From Nemertoderma westbladi (Eukaryota; Animalia; Xenacoelomorpha): 64,000 nt of DNA. The position numbers and the translations under genes were made by a program. This document shows positions 12,897-25,985 of this stretch, piece after piece. Position 1 is the first letter of the stretch; each line of letters begins with the position of its first letter. Location: positions 1 through 64,000 of the forward strand of contig JAUCBJ010006078.1 of NCBI GenBank assembly GCA_032718475.1. The letters are read 5' to 3'. Under the pieces are notes generated by a model, which was not told the DNA's origin, searched no databases, and saw only the letters and a list, made by a program, of their open reading frames with translations.

Positions 12897-14740
12897 TTAG
12901 ATATTCTATTAAAACCGTATCTGCAATTCATTGGGGCGCATGTAAAGGACACATTTGATTTTCTCCGAAAGTTTAGTAATTTTAAGGATGTGTTCAAGGA
13001 GCTAGAGGTGGTTCACCTTATAACAGTGGATGTAGAAAGTATGTATCCCTCAATGACATGGGAGTTGGGCGAAAAGGCCAATATCCTACTGGTTAGATAA
13101 GCACCCGGAATGTTTAAACAAACGATTTACCAAGGAGTTTGTATTGAAGGGGTTGGAAATTGTGCTGAACAACAATACAATGGAGTTCCAGGGGATGTAT
13201 TATATACAAGTTAAAGGGACGGCTATTGGAACTATATTGGCACCAACTTATTCAGATTTGGTAATGGGTTACTTGGAACATAATAAATTTTATCCAGAGA
13301 TAGAACGAAAATATGGAAAGACCGTTGCTAATTTTATTGAGAAAATGTGGACCAGATTTTTAGATGACGGTGAACTTGCGGTCGATGATGCCATCATTAA
13401 ACCGAACCAAATACTGCAGATATTGAATACCATGTCACCGGGAATAAGTTTTACGATGGAAACAAGTCAAACGAGTATAAACTATTTAAATGTTACAATA
13501 AACCGCATTAATAATATTTTAGAAACCGAAGTATTTTTCAAGCCAACAGATTCAAGGGAGTACCTTCCATTTTCTTCCTGCCATCCAAGACATGTAAAAA
13601 TAAATATACCATACAATATGTCACGTTTGCTGGCTACAATTATTGATAATAGAAGTATTCTAGAAACCAGGTTAATAGAACTAAAAGAGTCACTGATACG
13701 ATCAGGTTATCCGGAAGACCTTTGTGGTGACGCAGTGGAATGGGCGTTAACGTTGAACAAACCACACTATTGAAAGAAAAAGTGAAATCGAGTACAAACA
13801 TTCTGCCAATGGTTCTAAACTACAATCCATTAAACCCACACGTGTTCCCTATGGTAAAAAATTGCATCGCTCAAATGTCTAAATCAAACTATCGTATTCG
13901 AACTGTTTTTGGGAATACCAAGGTGATTTGTAGTTACAGACGGGCGCCAACATTAAAGGATATATTTCACTCTGATCTTTTCATGAAGGAGAACCCAGGA
14001 GTCAATAAATGCAACGTTAAAAAATGCAAGACATGCGACCCCATTGTGGATCGTTTCGAAAGAAGTACTTTTTAAGAGGGCAAGCTATGATATTCAAAAG
14101 AAAAAAGACTGCACGGTTAAAAATGTGATATACGTTTTAAATTGCAATGGATGCGGTGAGCAGTATATTGGGGAGACCATTGATTTGAGGCACAGAGTTT
14201 CACTGCACAAGTCACAGATTAAAAATGGACAGTATAGAAATTTGAAAGTATCGAAGCATATCTGGGAGTGTGCGGCTCATCTTGAGGTCCAATTTAATAT
14301 AACTCCATTTCACAAAATGAGAATTGGCTCAACACCTGTGGCAAGGCGGATAAAGGAAGATTTATTTATTAAAAGATATAAGCCCTCCCTCAACAGTTGA
14401 ATCTGGAACACAATGGAATGGAACAGTGAACCGCAAAGGAACTATAGAATTAGTATCATTAGTAGCCCCCCCCCCCCCCCGCCCTTCTTCGTCCCCTAAT
14501 GATTATCTAACTCATATTGCCTAAACTGGTGTATTGCATAGTATATTACACATACTTTAGGCCCTCATTTACTATAATTCTATAATTTGCCTGAAGATAA
14601 CTTTAAGTTTGAAATGCATTGCAATTTTTATAAATAATTTTAAATACAGTATTTTACCTCATATTTATTATTTTATTTATTTTATTTGCCATAATATTGT
14701 TTTAATTGGAAATTAAATATAATAACTGAATCTGTGAATC
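12897..14740 (+). mobile_element. Penelope-like element (RT + GIY-YIG endonuclease), 5'-truncated and frameshifted
   Basis: DVESMYP, KGTAIGT..AP, WTRFLDD, FKPTDSREYL..SCHP, NVIYVLNC..C..QYIGET..R...H, PSLN; TA-rich flanks. Confidence 0.92.
14587..14624 (+). ncRNA. Minimal type I hammerhead ribozyme in the Penelope 3' region
   Basis: ttgc-CTGAAGA-t-aactt/t/aagtt-t-GAAA-tgca(palindromic stem III)-tt-gcaa: full catalytic core with stems I and II. Confidence 0.75.
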
Positions 14741-16756
14741 ATTTTATCTCAATTGCTGTACATATAATAAATATATATATATAAATAATAAATATAATAT
14801 ATATAACAATATATAATATGTAACATCTACATACCCAGTAATATTGGGAAGGGACCATTTATTCACTGCAGTTGTGACAACATTGATGTATTGGAAGCAA
14901 CAATAGATGGGGAAAATACTTTCCACAGCACGCAACTAATGGCTTGTTAAAGAGAAAATGTTGCAGAAACCACTAATGAATCAAATTTATTTCCTAATAT
15001 AAACTTGAGACGAAATCTAAATGAGAATGTCCTGAAACAATTTCACAAAATAGACAAAGCTTACCTAATACCTAGCAAACGACCAAGAACCAATTTTTTT
15101 TGTCTGGAATTGACTTTCATATTGGAAATTGGTTAGAAAATAAATCATCAATGAATAATGCTGTAATGAGAGATATTGGCTGGTTATTAACATGGCTCTA
15201 TAATCCTGAAAACCAAAGCATACCTCACTGGGGAGCATACAATGAAGCAGTCTCAATATCTGATCATCCTATAACAGTTGCTGGTATGCTTCCTATTTTA
15301 CATGGGGTGGCTGATGATTATAATACAATGGCAACCGTAATTCATTGCTTCATCAATATAAGTAAACAGTTTGACCAGACATATACAGTTATAACTGCAG
15401 ACCAACCTTTATACAGCAAGTGCAAGGAATTAGTTTGGTCAAATCCTAATAAATATAAAAATGTAATACTTCGCATGGGTGGTTTACATGTTTGCTTCAA
15501 CTTTTTAAAAGCAATTGGACAGCATGGAGAGTGCGTGGGTCTTGATGATGTGTGGATAGAGGCTGGTATCTTTGCCCCAAATACAACAGAGGTTGTATTA
15601 GTAGGTAAAGCTTACTATAGAGCAGTTCGTGGTAATTTATTAGCATACAAATCACTTTGGAGATTACCATGGAATATGTTTAAGACATGGCTATGTGAAA
15701 CAGGACTTCTTGGTATCGTGTGCCTTTGCGCAATCAATGAAATTATCTACAAGAATTAAACGTAATAGAAAACGAAGGCCTATACAAAAACGTATCAGTA
15801 ATGCCAAGGTGCCCTTGCCACAAGTTTGGGACCAGTATATTGCACTAGAAGAAAAAAGCTGACTTAGCTCATTTCATTTCTGAACAAGTTTTGACTGAAG
15901 CTGCTAATCTACCTGCAAAATATGAAGTAGTTGCAGGTAGTGGATTCCCAGCACCTGTGTATGCAAAATCAAGCACGCACAGTGTTAAAACCTGAGGTGT
16001 AGATGATGAAGAGGCAGATAACCGTCTCATTGCTCACATTAGAGACGCTGTTAAACAGGGAATATATAAACGAATTATTGTATATTGTCGTGACACCGAT
16101 GTGTTAGTTCTGCTACTGCACCATTTTTCCAACATTAGCTTAGAGTTATGGATGATTTCAACTGTGTCAAAACAGTGGAAGTATATTCCAATACATAGGA
16201 TAGCAAGAAAATTGGATAGCAATTTTTTATTCAATATCCTAGGGTTCCACGCTTTCATAGGCAGTGATACAATCTTGTTATTTAACCGCATCAGCAAGAA
16301 GTCATGGTTTAATTTATTTTGCAAATATCCAACTATGGTCACTGGAATTGGTCGAGATGGTCCGTTTATTGAGGTAGAGAAGTTCGCATGTCTTATGTAT
16401 GGTGGAGAAGGAGTTCTATGTGAACCTAGAACCGATATCGATTCTATAAGACTGTGAATGGTAAAGGTTTAAGAAATGTTACCACCCACTAAAGACGCAC
16501 TCGAACTGCATTATTATATAAGGGCCAATCATCAAACAATGATTTGGCTGAACACCAATGACATCTGGAGTAATCAGATCTCAGGCCCTTTCCTTTGTAT
16601 AGAATGGATATCAAACACTCCTTCCAGATGTTTGAGAGTTAACCGATGTTGAGACAAGCATTGAATAGCAGGCGACATCTACATAAACCAGTCAACCCTC
16701 AATACCTCGATCCCTGAAGTCTCACCGATCCACCCGGGTTTTACGACCTCTTTTAA

Positions 16757-18322
16757 CCCTATTAGTACCGGGCTATAATAAAATGTTGTACAAATACCGG
16801 GGGGGGGGGGGTCATATTGACCCCCCCCCCCCTCTAAAATCTACAAATATTTACGAAAACGTCTGATTTTTTGTTTGTACGTAGGTATCACTTGTCTGGA
16901 TCCGACCGAAAAAAAAAATTTTCGAAAAAATGTACTGGGGTGGTTATATTGCAGCACCAAAATTACAAGTAGTGCACAATTTTCACAAAATTTGAAAGTT
17001 ACATTTTCGGCTAATTATTTTTCAATACAGGTTTTCTGGGGTGCAAAATACATTGGAAAATATTCAAAAATGATATGATTACTATAAATAGCTGTTTAGT
17101 CCTCTCTGCGTAGGAATAAAATGAAAAAAACAAGTAACCAGCACTTTTCAGTTAGAACACAAAATTTTTAATTCACTTATACGATGCTATAAATTTACAT
17201 TTTCAGGTTTTCGAGGGCGCTGATTCTAATGGAATACGTTTCTAATATGCCAGATCATTGCTACTTGTATTTTTCGGCGTAATTTGGCAAATTTTGGTGC
17301 TAGCACCAAATTTCGTACCCATCACCAAAAAGTACAATTTTGCGATGTCCAGTGCTGTTTTTATTGATTCCATCGGATTCAGGACCCTCATAAACCCGTA
17401 TAACGCAAGAAACAAGGTGATACTATCTACTGATCAATTTGCATATTTTCCAAAATTTGGTGCTGGCACAACAATTTTCACCCACCGGCGAAAAATACAA
17501 GTTTGAGGACTCTTATGAAATTTTTACTGATTCCATTGAATTCAGAACCATCACAAACCCATATAACGCAAGAAACAAGGTGACACAATCAATTGATATA
17601 TTTGATGGTTTTCAAAATTTGGTGCTAGCACCACATTTTGCACCCACATCCGAAAAATACAAGTTTGAGATGTCTAGTTCGATAATTATATATTCCATTG
17701 AATTCAGAACAGCCATAAACCTCTAAAACGCAAGAAATAAATTGTCACAAGCAATTTTATCTATTGAATGGATTTTCAAAATTTCGTGCTAGCACCAAAA
17801 TTTGCACACAGCACCGAAAAATACAAGTTTGATACGCTTGGTGCAACTCGTATATATTTCATCGAATCCAGAACCCCAAAAAACCCCAATTGCGTAAAAA
17901 ACAAGTTTCAAACAATCAATTTACAAAATTGACATATTTCAAAATTTGGTGCTGGCACCAAAATTTGGCACCCACCGAAAAAAACAAGTTTGAAATTTCT
18001 AAATCAATTTATATGAATTCCATCCAATTTCTAACACCAAAAAACCGGTGTAAATCAAAAATAGAGATGTTACAATTCATATTTAATGAAATGTAATTTT
18101 CAAAAAACGTCTCAAAAAAAGTGCCAAAAGTAGGGTTAATAAAAAATGGTGCAATAACTCGAAAAGTACCTAATATTTTTGAAAACGGTTTTCACTACTA
18201 GGAAGACAATAGATTTTTAGGAAAAGTCATAAAATTTCAGATTCCCAACTGCGTTTGTTTCAGAATTATAATAAAAAAACCACGGGGTGGGTCATATTGA
18301 CCCCCCCCCGGGTTTAATAGGG
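16757..18322. mobile_element. Non-autonomous piggyBac-like MITE
   Basis: TTAA target duplication on both sides, ccctatta/taataggg TIRs, subterminal gggtcatattgaccc palindromes, internal ~175-180 bp tandem units. Confidence 0.85.
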
Positions 18323-18474
18323 TTAAGACTGGGTGTTACCTGAACAGCTAATCGGCGGAGGTCGAGCCAGGCTGAATATCGTAGAAGTTTGCCCATGAAT
18401 CTCTTCAGTGGAGCACCTGGATGTGTGTTATCTTATACTATCCAAGAAGGGCGATCTGGCAGAATTGGAGAATC

Positions 18475-18536
18475 ACATTTTCCGCTTTCGGTGATCTCAA
18501 TGGGTGACCATTGAGATCACCGAAAGCGGAAAATGT
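18475..18536. repeat. Perfect 29-bp-arm hairpin
   Basis: acattttccgctttcggtgatctcaatgg-gtga-ccattgagatcaccgaaagcggaaaatgt. Confidence 0.95.
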
Positions 18537-19477
18537 AATATTAGAAAGTGTAACATTAGTGTAACTATTAAACTCAAGTCCCCCTTCCTGGGAAGGATTT
18601 TGCGACTAAAAACTCGCATTTTATTAGCAATGCGCCGTCTTACTCCAAAACCATAGAACAGATGGGTAAGATTTATAAATCTATAAAAGCCAAATGCCCT
18701 GCCGTGTTCATTTTTGGTATCCACTTTTAGTATTCCCGTACCTCCTTTTTAGTGGTGGGAATGCAGCCAATAAGAGACCTTTTCATTTTCTTCTCACCAT
18801 TGAACTCCAGTAAATAAACCTAGTAACTAAGCTTCTGATTGGAAGTTACTATGTAGATCACCGTGATTCAGCGTTCTAAGCATTCTGTGCAATGCATTCG
18901 ACACCAGGTGAGTTTTGTGCTGCATTGTAAGTGCAACATCTCTTTGTTCAGTGTGTATTCTGCTTTGCTGATAGCAGGATGTTTTGCCGATAACACCAGG
19001 CTTAAAGTTTATGAATTATAGTTAATCACCGCAACATTGCATCAGTTTATGTATTAGTAACGATAGGGAGATTCTGCTATATTAACACTGCAAAACTTCG
19101 AACTTGTTCATATTTATATTTAACGAGGTAAGCTTTTGGGCTAATCATATCATCTTATCGTCCATATGTAACCCGGTATGGGGTTGGTCCGTTATCATAG
19201 ACCAACAAAGGTAAATCCTACTTTAGTCTATAAGTTTGAAGAAGAAGCAACAACAGCAATTATAATAACATTAATACACATCTCAAATACTATTTACAAA
19301 CTGTACTAACAAATATTTTGAAAATTTTAATCATCAATTATTGGATGCCCGCCCACACAACATTAAAGCAATATTGGAACCAAATGTACTAAGTTTTCAA
19401 TATCATACCAGCCAATGCCCATGCTTATCATTTGACCACAGAATAAATATATTCTATCATGCTTTATGTTATTGCAG

Positions 19478-19675
19478 TTCGGGATTGCTCAACAGTCGCA
19501 GGGCCACGACCTTTTCGGAATTGTGTGTTCCCATTCAAATATAATGGCAACGAGTACATCAATAAGTGTCCTGTCGACCACAATGATGAGCCATGGTGCC
19601 CCACCGAAGTTGACAGCGGTAGCAATTATGTTCTGGGTTCAGGAAATTGGGGAATATGTAATTTGCAATGTGTTG
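19478..19675 (+). CDS. Host gene exon: fibronectin type II domain
   Basis: ttgcag|...gttg|gtatgt; CVFPFKYNG...C...PWCPTEVD...NWGIC FN2 signature; symmetric phase 1. Confidence 0.9.
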
Positions 19676-20012
19676 GTATGTATGTACTTTATGTTCAATG
19701 TACAAGAATTGCAGAAATTACATAAGATGGATGAATAGAAACAGATACATAGATAGATGTTTATTATATTTCCTTTTTAAATTATTTTACTGCTTTGAAT
19801 CTTTGATATTATCTTTGATATATTAAGATTAGGCCGATTTTCCAATAAAATCATAATATTATTCATCAAAAAGGATTGAATATGATTTGACGCAAGTTTG
19901 TGGTGATTGGATATGTTGGTAGTGAGTGAAGTGTTAGTGATACTTTCAAGAGCAGTTAATTTATAGACATTAATTTACATGATAATAATTTACTTTTATA
20001 AATATTTTGCAG

Positions 20013-20129
20013 ATGAATGTGAAACAAATATTCACAGTTGTCACCACAATGCGATTTGCACAGATACCCATGACAGTTACACTTGTTCATGTAATCCTCC
20101 CTATATAGGAGATGGATATTCATGTGAAG
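20013..20129 (+). CDS. Host gene exon: calcium-binding EGF domain
   Basis: ttgcag|...gaag|gtaaga; DECETNIHSCHHNAICTDTHDSYTCSCNPPYIGDGYSCE six-Cys EGF pattern; phase 1. Confidence 0.92.
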
Positions 20130-20142
20130 GTAAGACAATAGT

Positions 20143-21060
20143 TACTACTACTACTATTATGATCGGCATGATGCATTGCAGCTGCATTTTTAAGAATGCT
20201 GTGCCGGCTTGTCGACAAAATTGCACCGACACAACTCCCTCTAGATCATCCGCATCTTCAAGGCCAGCATCCTTTAAGATGCGTCTCAAGAATGTCATAG
20301 ACTGACCACCATTATGCATTATGCATTGGCTGGTCCTCACGGCGAAAGCAATGTCCTGCAAAGCGGAGGCGACTTTGTTATAGTGTCAAGCTTGGGGCAA
20401 CCACTGAGACACCTCCAATATTATATAGTGTCTGGTTGGAGATGTGTGCATTGTACTTTACACAATGAACCCGGCGTAGCATTCTCGAATGTGCCATCCA
20501 GAGATTTTGTGTCCTCAGCAGTTAAGCCCAGCATGGACTCCCATAGAGGGAACTACTACTGCTCTAAATAATCGGACCTTAAACTTCCAGATCCTGGAAA
20601 ACCTATTCAAGGCTGCCCATGCCTTTCCCTTACGTATTCGAAGGTCCTCACCTTACTTCCGGATCCATGATCCCAGGTAACAGAAGTCGTCCACATGCTT
20701 CAGCATACCATCCTTTGAGCTTATGCTCATCCAGTCAGCGTCTTGCTGAGGACTTTCAAAGTTAACTGTAAAAATTTTGGTCTTTCTGGAGTTAATAAAA
20801 AGACAAACACTAGAAGCAGCCTGTTCTAATGAGCTGAGGGGCCTTTGGGCTCCCTCTAATGATTCTGAGAGTACTCCTAAGTCATTAGTTAGTAACTAGA
20901 TCAGTTAGGTACTTGGCAGGATTTCCTCGACTTCTGGAGCCAGTAGGTGGAGTTATCATCACCCCATCATCATTATGATTATCTAAGGACATGCGTAGAA
21001 CATTTATGCACGAGTTCAACAATTATGAACAAGAATGGTGCAAGTGTGTCTCCTCAGAGG
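20143..21060 (-). mobile_element. RTE-clade LINE fragment, copy 2, with RT remnants
   Basis: Same 3' end and (TAG)n tail as copy 1; extends to GDTLAPFLFIIV; its tail lies 14 nt downstream of the EGF exon donor. Confidence 0.8.
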
Positions 21061-21171
21061 ACGCGTGTTCAATTTTGAACGTTAATAACTCGATCAATCC
21101 TCGATGAAATGTAACCAAACTTGGTAGACAAATAGTCTGTCAAAAGTTTAGAAATTTTCCAAGTTGAATTT

Positions 21172-22558
21172 GTTTGGGGCCTTCGTGCAGCACCAGTCTT
21201 ACTGACTTACAGTTATAATAAATTGATTTATCCAAAATTATAACGCTTGACATCAGCGGGTTGCTAGGAGACTAAATCAGCTGGGTTTCTGGCAAATTAC
21301 GAAATTACACTAATACCATTGTGGCCTATCTGCCTGTACCGCAGTACCGGTACTATACTCAATCCCTGAATCCAGGAATCCTGCAATTAGACAATACTGC
21401 AATTCCATACTGTGTTCGGTGTTTTACAGTACTGGCTGCCTGGTACCGCGGTACCGGTGCAGTGATTATAGATCACGTATACTGGTACAGGACAGGCCTA
21501 ATTTTATAGGCCCTCATTCAGTAATTAGCCATGCTTTGAGGGTCCGTTGGCGCCGTCCGCTGTACCGCCCTACCTGCCTTCTACTGTCAGACTGTAGAAC
21601 CGGACTGGTACCAATTGCCAACTACAGATCTAGATGTACCGGTACATACCAATCTGCCAATACAACAATAGCAATAGGCCTACCCCTCCTACCAACCATC
21701 CATCGACTCTGGACTCGGCAACCAGGCAACTGCAACCATGGAAGTTATGCGGACTAACCAGCTGACTGGCATTCTTAGTTCAGGTACCCACTACCACCAG
21801 AGTCTACCCAGCTGCCCAGAAAAGTGTTGGAATTGAAATCAAACAACTCACCACCAAGGCCGCCTCTGTCTGTTACCTCGACTTTCGGTATCGCTGCCGC
21901 TACGGCAAACTGGACTAACCGTAGCCGAGGATGAAATAATTCGGTTTTTTAATCTCACTCTCTCTGCCATCACCCAGTGCCCGGCGGTATTGAAATTGAC
22001 ACGCATTGTACAAGCAGTAGGCCTATTGCTCCGAATTTCCGGCTGGTTGGGTGCAACTGCTGCATCTACATTGCCATGTTTCCACACTATAACTCGGACT
22101 CATGAGGACGAGTGCTGCGTAGACTATTCCTATAAACCAAAACCATACCTGGCTTCGCCTATTGAACGCATCGGTAGTTATCAGTCTTCGTTTAAGAAAT
22201 ATATTTAAATACAAAACAGGGCGAACTCAACGTGGCTTATAATGAAGACGAGTACTGCGTTTATTATATTCCTATAAACCACATGGCTTCGCATATTGGA
22301 CGTGCGATTGGAAATAAGTTTATCCTACCCTCCGCCCCGTGGGTGGTAGATGTCGCGGTTATGTATTGGTTGGTAGGAAGGGGGGGGGGGGGGGGGGTGG
22401 TGCAGATTAAAAGGGCTGAACACGTACTGTCCCCCTTTCTTTGATTGATTAGCGGTGTGGTTGAATTTCTCAAACAAATACTGATTTTCTGATACAGTCG
22501 CTCAATTTTAATTTGTATCTCATAACTGGGCCTCGTGCTGCGCGAAGGCCCCACGAAC
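21172..22558. mobile_element. Possible non-autonomous element bounded by imperfect inverted repeats
   Basis: gtttggggccttcgtgcagcac (21172) versus the reverse complement of cgtgctgcgcgaaggccccacgaac (ends 22558). Confidence 0.35.
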
Positions 22559-24354
22559 GTGTATATTGTTATTATCCATTAATCCGTCAAGGATAGACAT
22601 TAATTCGATGGATCGAATAATTAATGTATGTTTAGGGGTAAATAAGAGCGTTGTGAAAAGGGGCTGGGCTGTGATGTCGGATGGGGTGGTGTAGAGTGAA
22701 GATTCATCTAATATAATGTAATCAATGCTATTCTAACAACTATCTTTCTTGACTTACAGTAGAATGATAATTACCTCCCATGCAAATGTGCATATTGCAA
22801 TAAAATATGAATATAATCATAAAAATAGCAATGATACTCTCCGCCTGATTTAAAATTCTTCACTATTTTAGTTATATCATCCATCAACAGCCTTATTAGT
22901 TATTTGTTATAAATAAACATAATATTTCACTCCTTCTTCATAGGCCTCTACTGCTGTGTTTCAAATTCAGCCACTGCACTGGTATGGCTGCGCGCGTTTA
23001 ATGTTATATAATTAAAGTATCCTCGTTTATTCTTGATCGTTAATATACAAGGGGCCTTCTGTAATTTAATTTAATACGATGTATAGGGCCTCGTATTTGC
23101 TGCGTATATTTGTGTATATGGGGAGGGGGCGAGGGCGGGGGGAGGGGGCTTTCACTGTGCTTTAACATTATATCTTATTTTTTTTACAACTAGTATACAA
23201 ACAATACCTGCGTTACAATATCAGCTCACAAGCAGGGCTGCTTTATCGCCTAGGCTCAAAATGCCTCATCCTTGGGGCCATGGCTTAAAAGAGGACACTA
23301 AATGTTAAAATAACCGATGAGTGGATGAGAAATTCAAAAGGCCCCACCCGGCACCTACCTTTCGTCTTAATTCCAAAAAGTTTAAATTTTCGCTCGCTTT
23401 GCTCGCGTTTGCTTCTGGCCAAACCTATTTTATAATACCATTATGGTGAAAATTATAACCAAAGCCTAAAAAAAAGCAATAGTTAATCACGAAGAAAGTT
23501 AGCAAATTTCGTCAATTTGTTTTATTTAGTTAAGCGGCTCTCTAGTTACATAACAAACATTCGAGAACACTAAATTATGTAACATTGAGTAAGGCAGTAT
23601 CAGGAGTTGAAATGTACAAAAATTGCAATCGCAGTAACCATGGAAGCAATAATATAGTAAAATACTACAATTCTATTTATTTTGAGCAACACTTATAAAT
23701 AAAATTACCGCATTACATGGGAAAAAAACTTAAACATTTTTTCTTCAGTATTCTCTGGACCCAACAACCTCGCTGACACTCGCTAAATAAAATGCCTCGA
23801 GAATATTGTAAAAAAGTTCTACATTTTTTCCCCATGTAATAAATAATTATTTTTCAACAATTCTCTATCGTTTTCTAACATTATTATTTTAAAATAAAAA
23901 ATTTAAAATAAAAAAATAAGAGCCATTTTTCACTCAACTTACAACACAAGCTTGTTATGTTATACCATAATAATAACTCTATATACAGTAGGCCTACGTC
24001 ATTGTTCATAAAAGAGCACTATATAGCTTTACGGCACGATTGATTTTGTCAAATAACAAAACGAGGGCCGTAATGGCTTTAAATTGCTAATTATGAACAA
24101 TGGATAATTTTATTTATTTGTGGGGATTTATTTGTAGTTATGCACTTAATCTTTCTAGATCAACCTAATAATGACGTGATGAAATTCTTAAATACATAAT
24201 AAATGTATGGCGTGGGGACATAGGCCTACTGAGAAATAATGTCGCACAACGGTATAAAGTTGGAAACTACAGTATGTCGCACTGGCGATTTGGTAGTGTG
24301 ACTTTTATTCCATACAAATAAATAAAAATATGATATCATATTTATGTTTTTCAG

Positions 24355-25109
24355 TTATATGGCAAACTTTGACTGGATCATTTAAGTGGGTGAGTGCTGG
24401 AAAAGCTGGTGTTTGGAGTATCGGCACTAATGATGCAATTTTCTACCGAGAAGGGACATACGGATCATGCAGTATTGGTACGAGATGGATAACTATCCCT
24501 GGGTCGCTCATCAATATTGCTGTTGGAAATGATATTGTTTGGGGAGTAAATGTAAACAATTACATTTACTGGCGACATGTCAGTCAGCAAAATCCAAGTG
24601 GCAGTGCCTGGGAAGAGATGGACCATGTTCATCACCTTTCATGGATAACCGTTGACTCAACCAGCAACGGAGTCTGGGGTATCAATCGTGATAAGCTTGT
24701 GTTGAAAAGATTAGGTATATCGGCCTCAAATCCTGTTGGAACATCATGGTATCCTATTACTGGTGCTAGCATGGCAGACATCAGCTTCGGACCAGCAGGG
24801 CTTTGGGGGATCAACTTAGGATACGCTCCATACTACATGCAAGGCACCTTTGGTTCCAATAATAATGTTGGAAGCTTTACAGGATGGGCAGCTGCAAACT
24901 GGCTAACGATTAGTTCAGGAGCAGATGGTACTTTATGGGCTACAAAGACAAACCATGAAATATACACAGCCACAGTGGAAGAAGGGAATATAAATCCAGT
25001 TTGGGAACGTGTAGGGAGTGGACTGAGGCATGTGAGCGCCAGTGATTGGAATGATGGGGTTTGGGGGGTGGATAATTCCGACTCGATAAAGTTTAAACAA
25101 TGTTCTTAA
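24355..25109 (+). CDS. Host gene last coding exon: tectonin / tachylectin-1 / fish-egg-lectin-like beta-propeller
   Basis: tttcag| phase-1 acceptor; ~250 aa with about six repeats of W..(I/L).G.L..(I/V)S.G...VWG(V/I)N....I(Y/F); TAA stop ends at 25109. Confidence 0.9.
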
Positions 25110-25671
25110 GGTGAGAGTGTATTATTCAATCATAAATATATATACTGTACATAAATGCATAAATTTTTCTCAGTAATTCCATTCCAAAAAAAGTAAAAAT
25201 TACTAGTACAATTTTGAAACTCTAGCTGAAACTGAATGCTACCTAGAAGTAAACACTGCAATTATTTTAAATACTGAGGGTTCCATTGAAGCAAGATCAA
25301 AGCTTCCGAAATATTGGAAGAATACAGCACTACCAAAGCTACTACTTCTACAAACCTACAGTATAGACATAATCAGAAAATCTTGAGTAGTAATTACAAT
25401 ATATTTAATTGGATTAAAAGGATAAGAAATACAGTATTTAGAAAATATAATTACACCATAATAATTATATTTTCTATAACTAAAGAACTACGCAAACAAT
25501 GGTCGGCTGAAGTCAGTTAACGGACAGTTGGCTGATAAGTCGGTTTCGCTGACGAGGGTTAAAAAGGTTCCAAAGCTAGCACGGCAGTATAGAGTAAATG
25601 ATGAAGGATCTGAGGTGATAAACCAACCCAAGAAGCACCACTTTAAACTTACGCCCATCATGCTTCTGAAT

Positions 25672-25985
25672 TTTGCTTAAGGGCCAGCATGGCTAATATA
25701 ATTTTCTGGTTAATGGCCAGCATGGCTAATATAATTTATTGGTTAATGGCCAGCATGGCTAATATAATTTTTTGGTTAATGGCCAGCATGGCCAATATAA
25801 TATATTGTTTAAGGGCCAGCATGGCTAATATAATTTATGGTTAATGGCCAGCATGGCTAATATAATATATATTGGTTAAGGGCCAGCATGGCTAATATAA
25901 TTTTTTGGTTAATGGCCAGCATGGCCAATATAATAAATTGGTTAAGGGCCAGCATGACTAATTTAATTTATTGGTTAATGGTCAG
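25672..25985. repeat. 33-bp minisatellite, ~9 copies
   Basis: taatggccagcatggctaatataatttattggt units ending at the start of an LTR. Confidence 0.9.

Larger units (their letters stand above)
9946..16580 (+). mobile_element. Decayed Academ-like DNA transposon (transposase plus XPG/PIN-like domain) split by three nested insertions
   Basis: Fragments YHKSCY; IAQDIIY..TPEHFGLGLAL|HQATRS; DNIDVLEATIDGENTFHSTQ; ITADQPLY..LRMGGLH; EEADNRL..DTDV..FHAFIGSDT; LPPTKDALELH. Confidence 0.7.

Noticed and set aside
25672-25985. CRISPR-like appearance of the 33-bp array (and the 27-bp array at 55519)
   Set aside because: Head-to-tail minisatellites with no unique spacers, no cas genes, eukaryotic context
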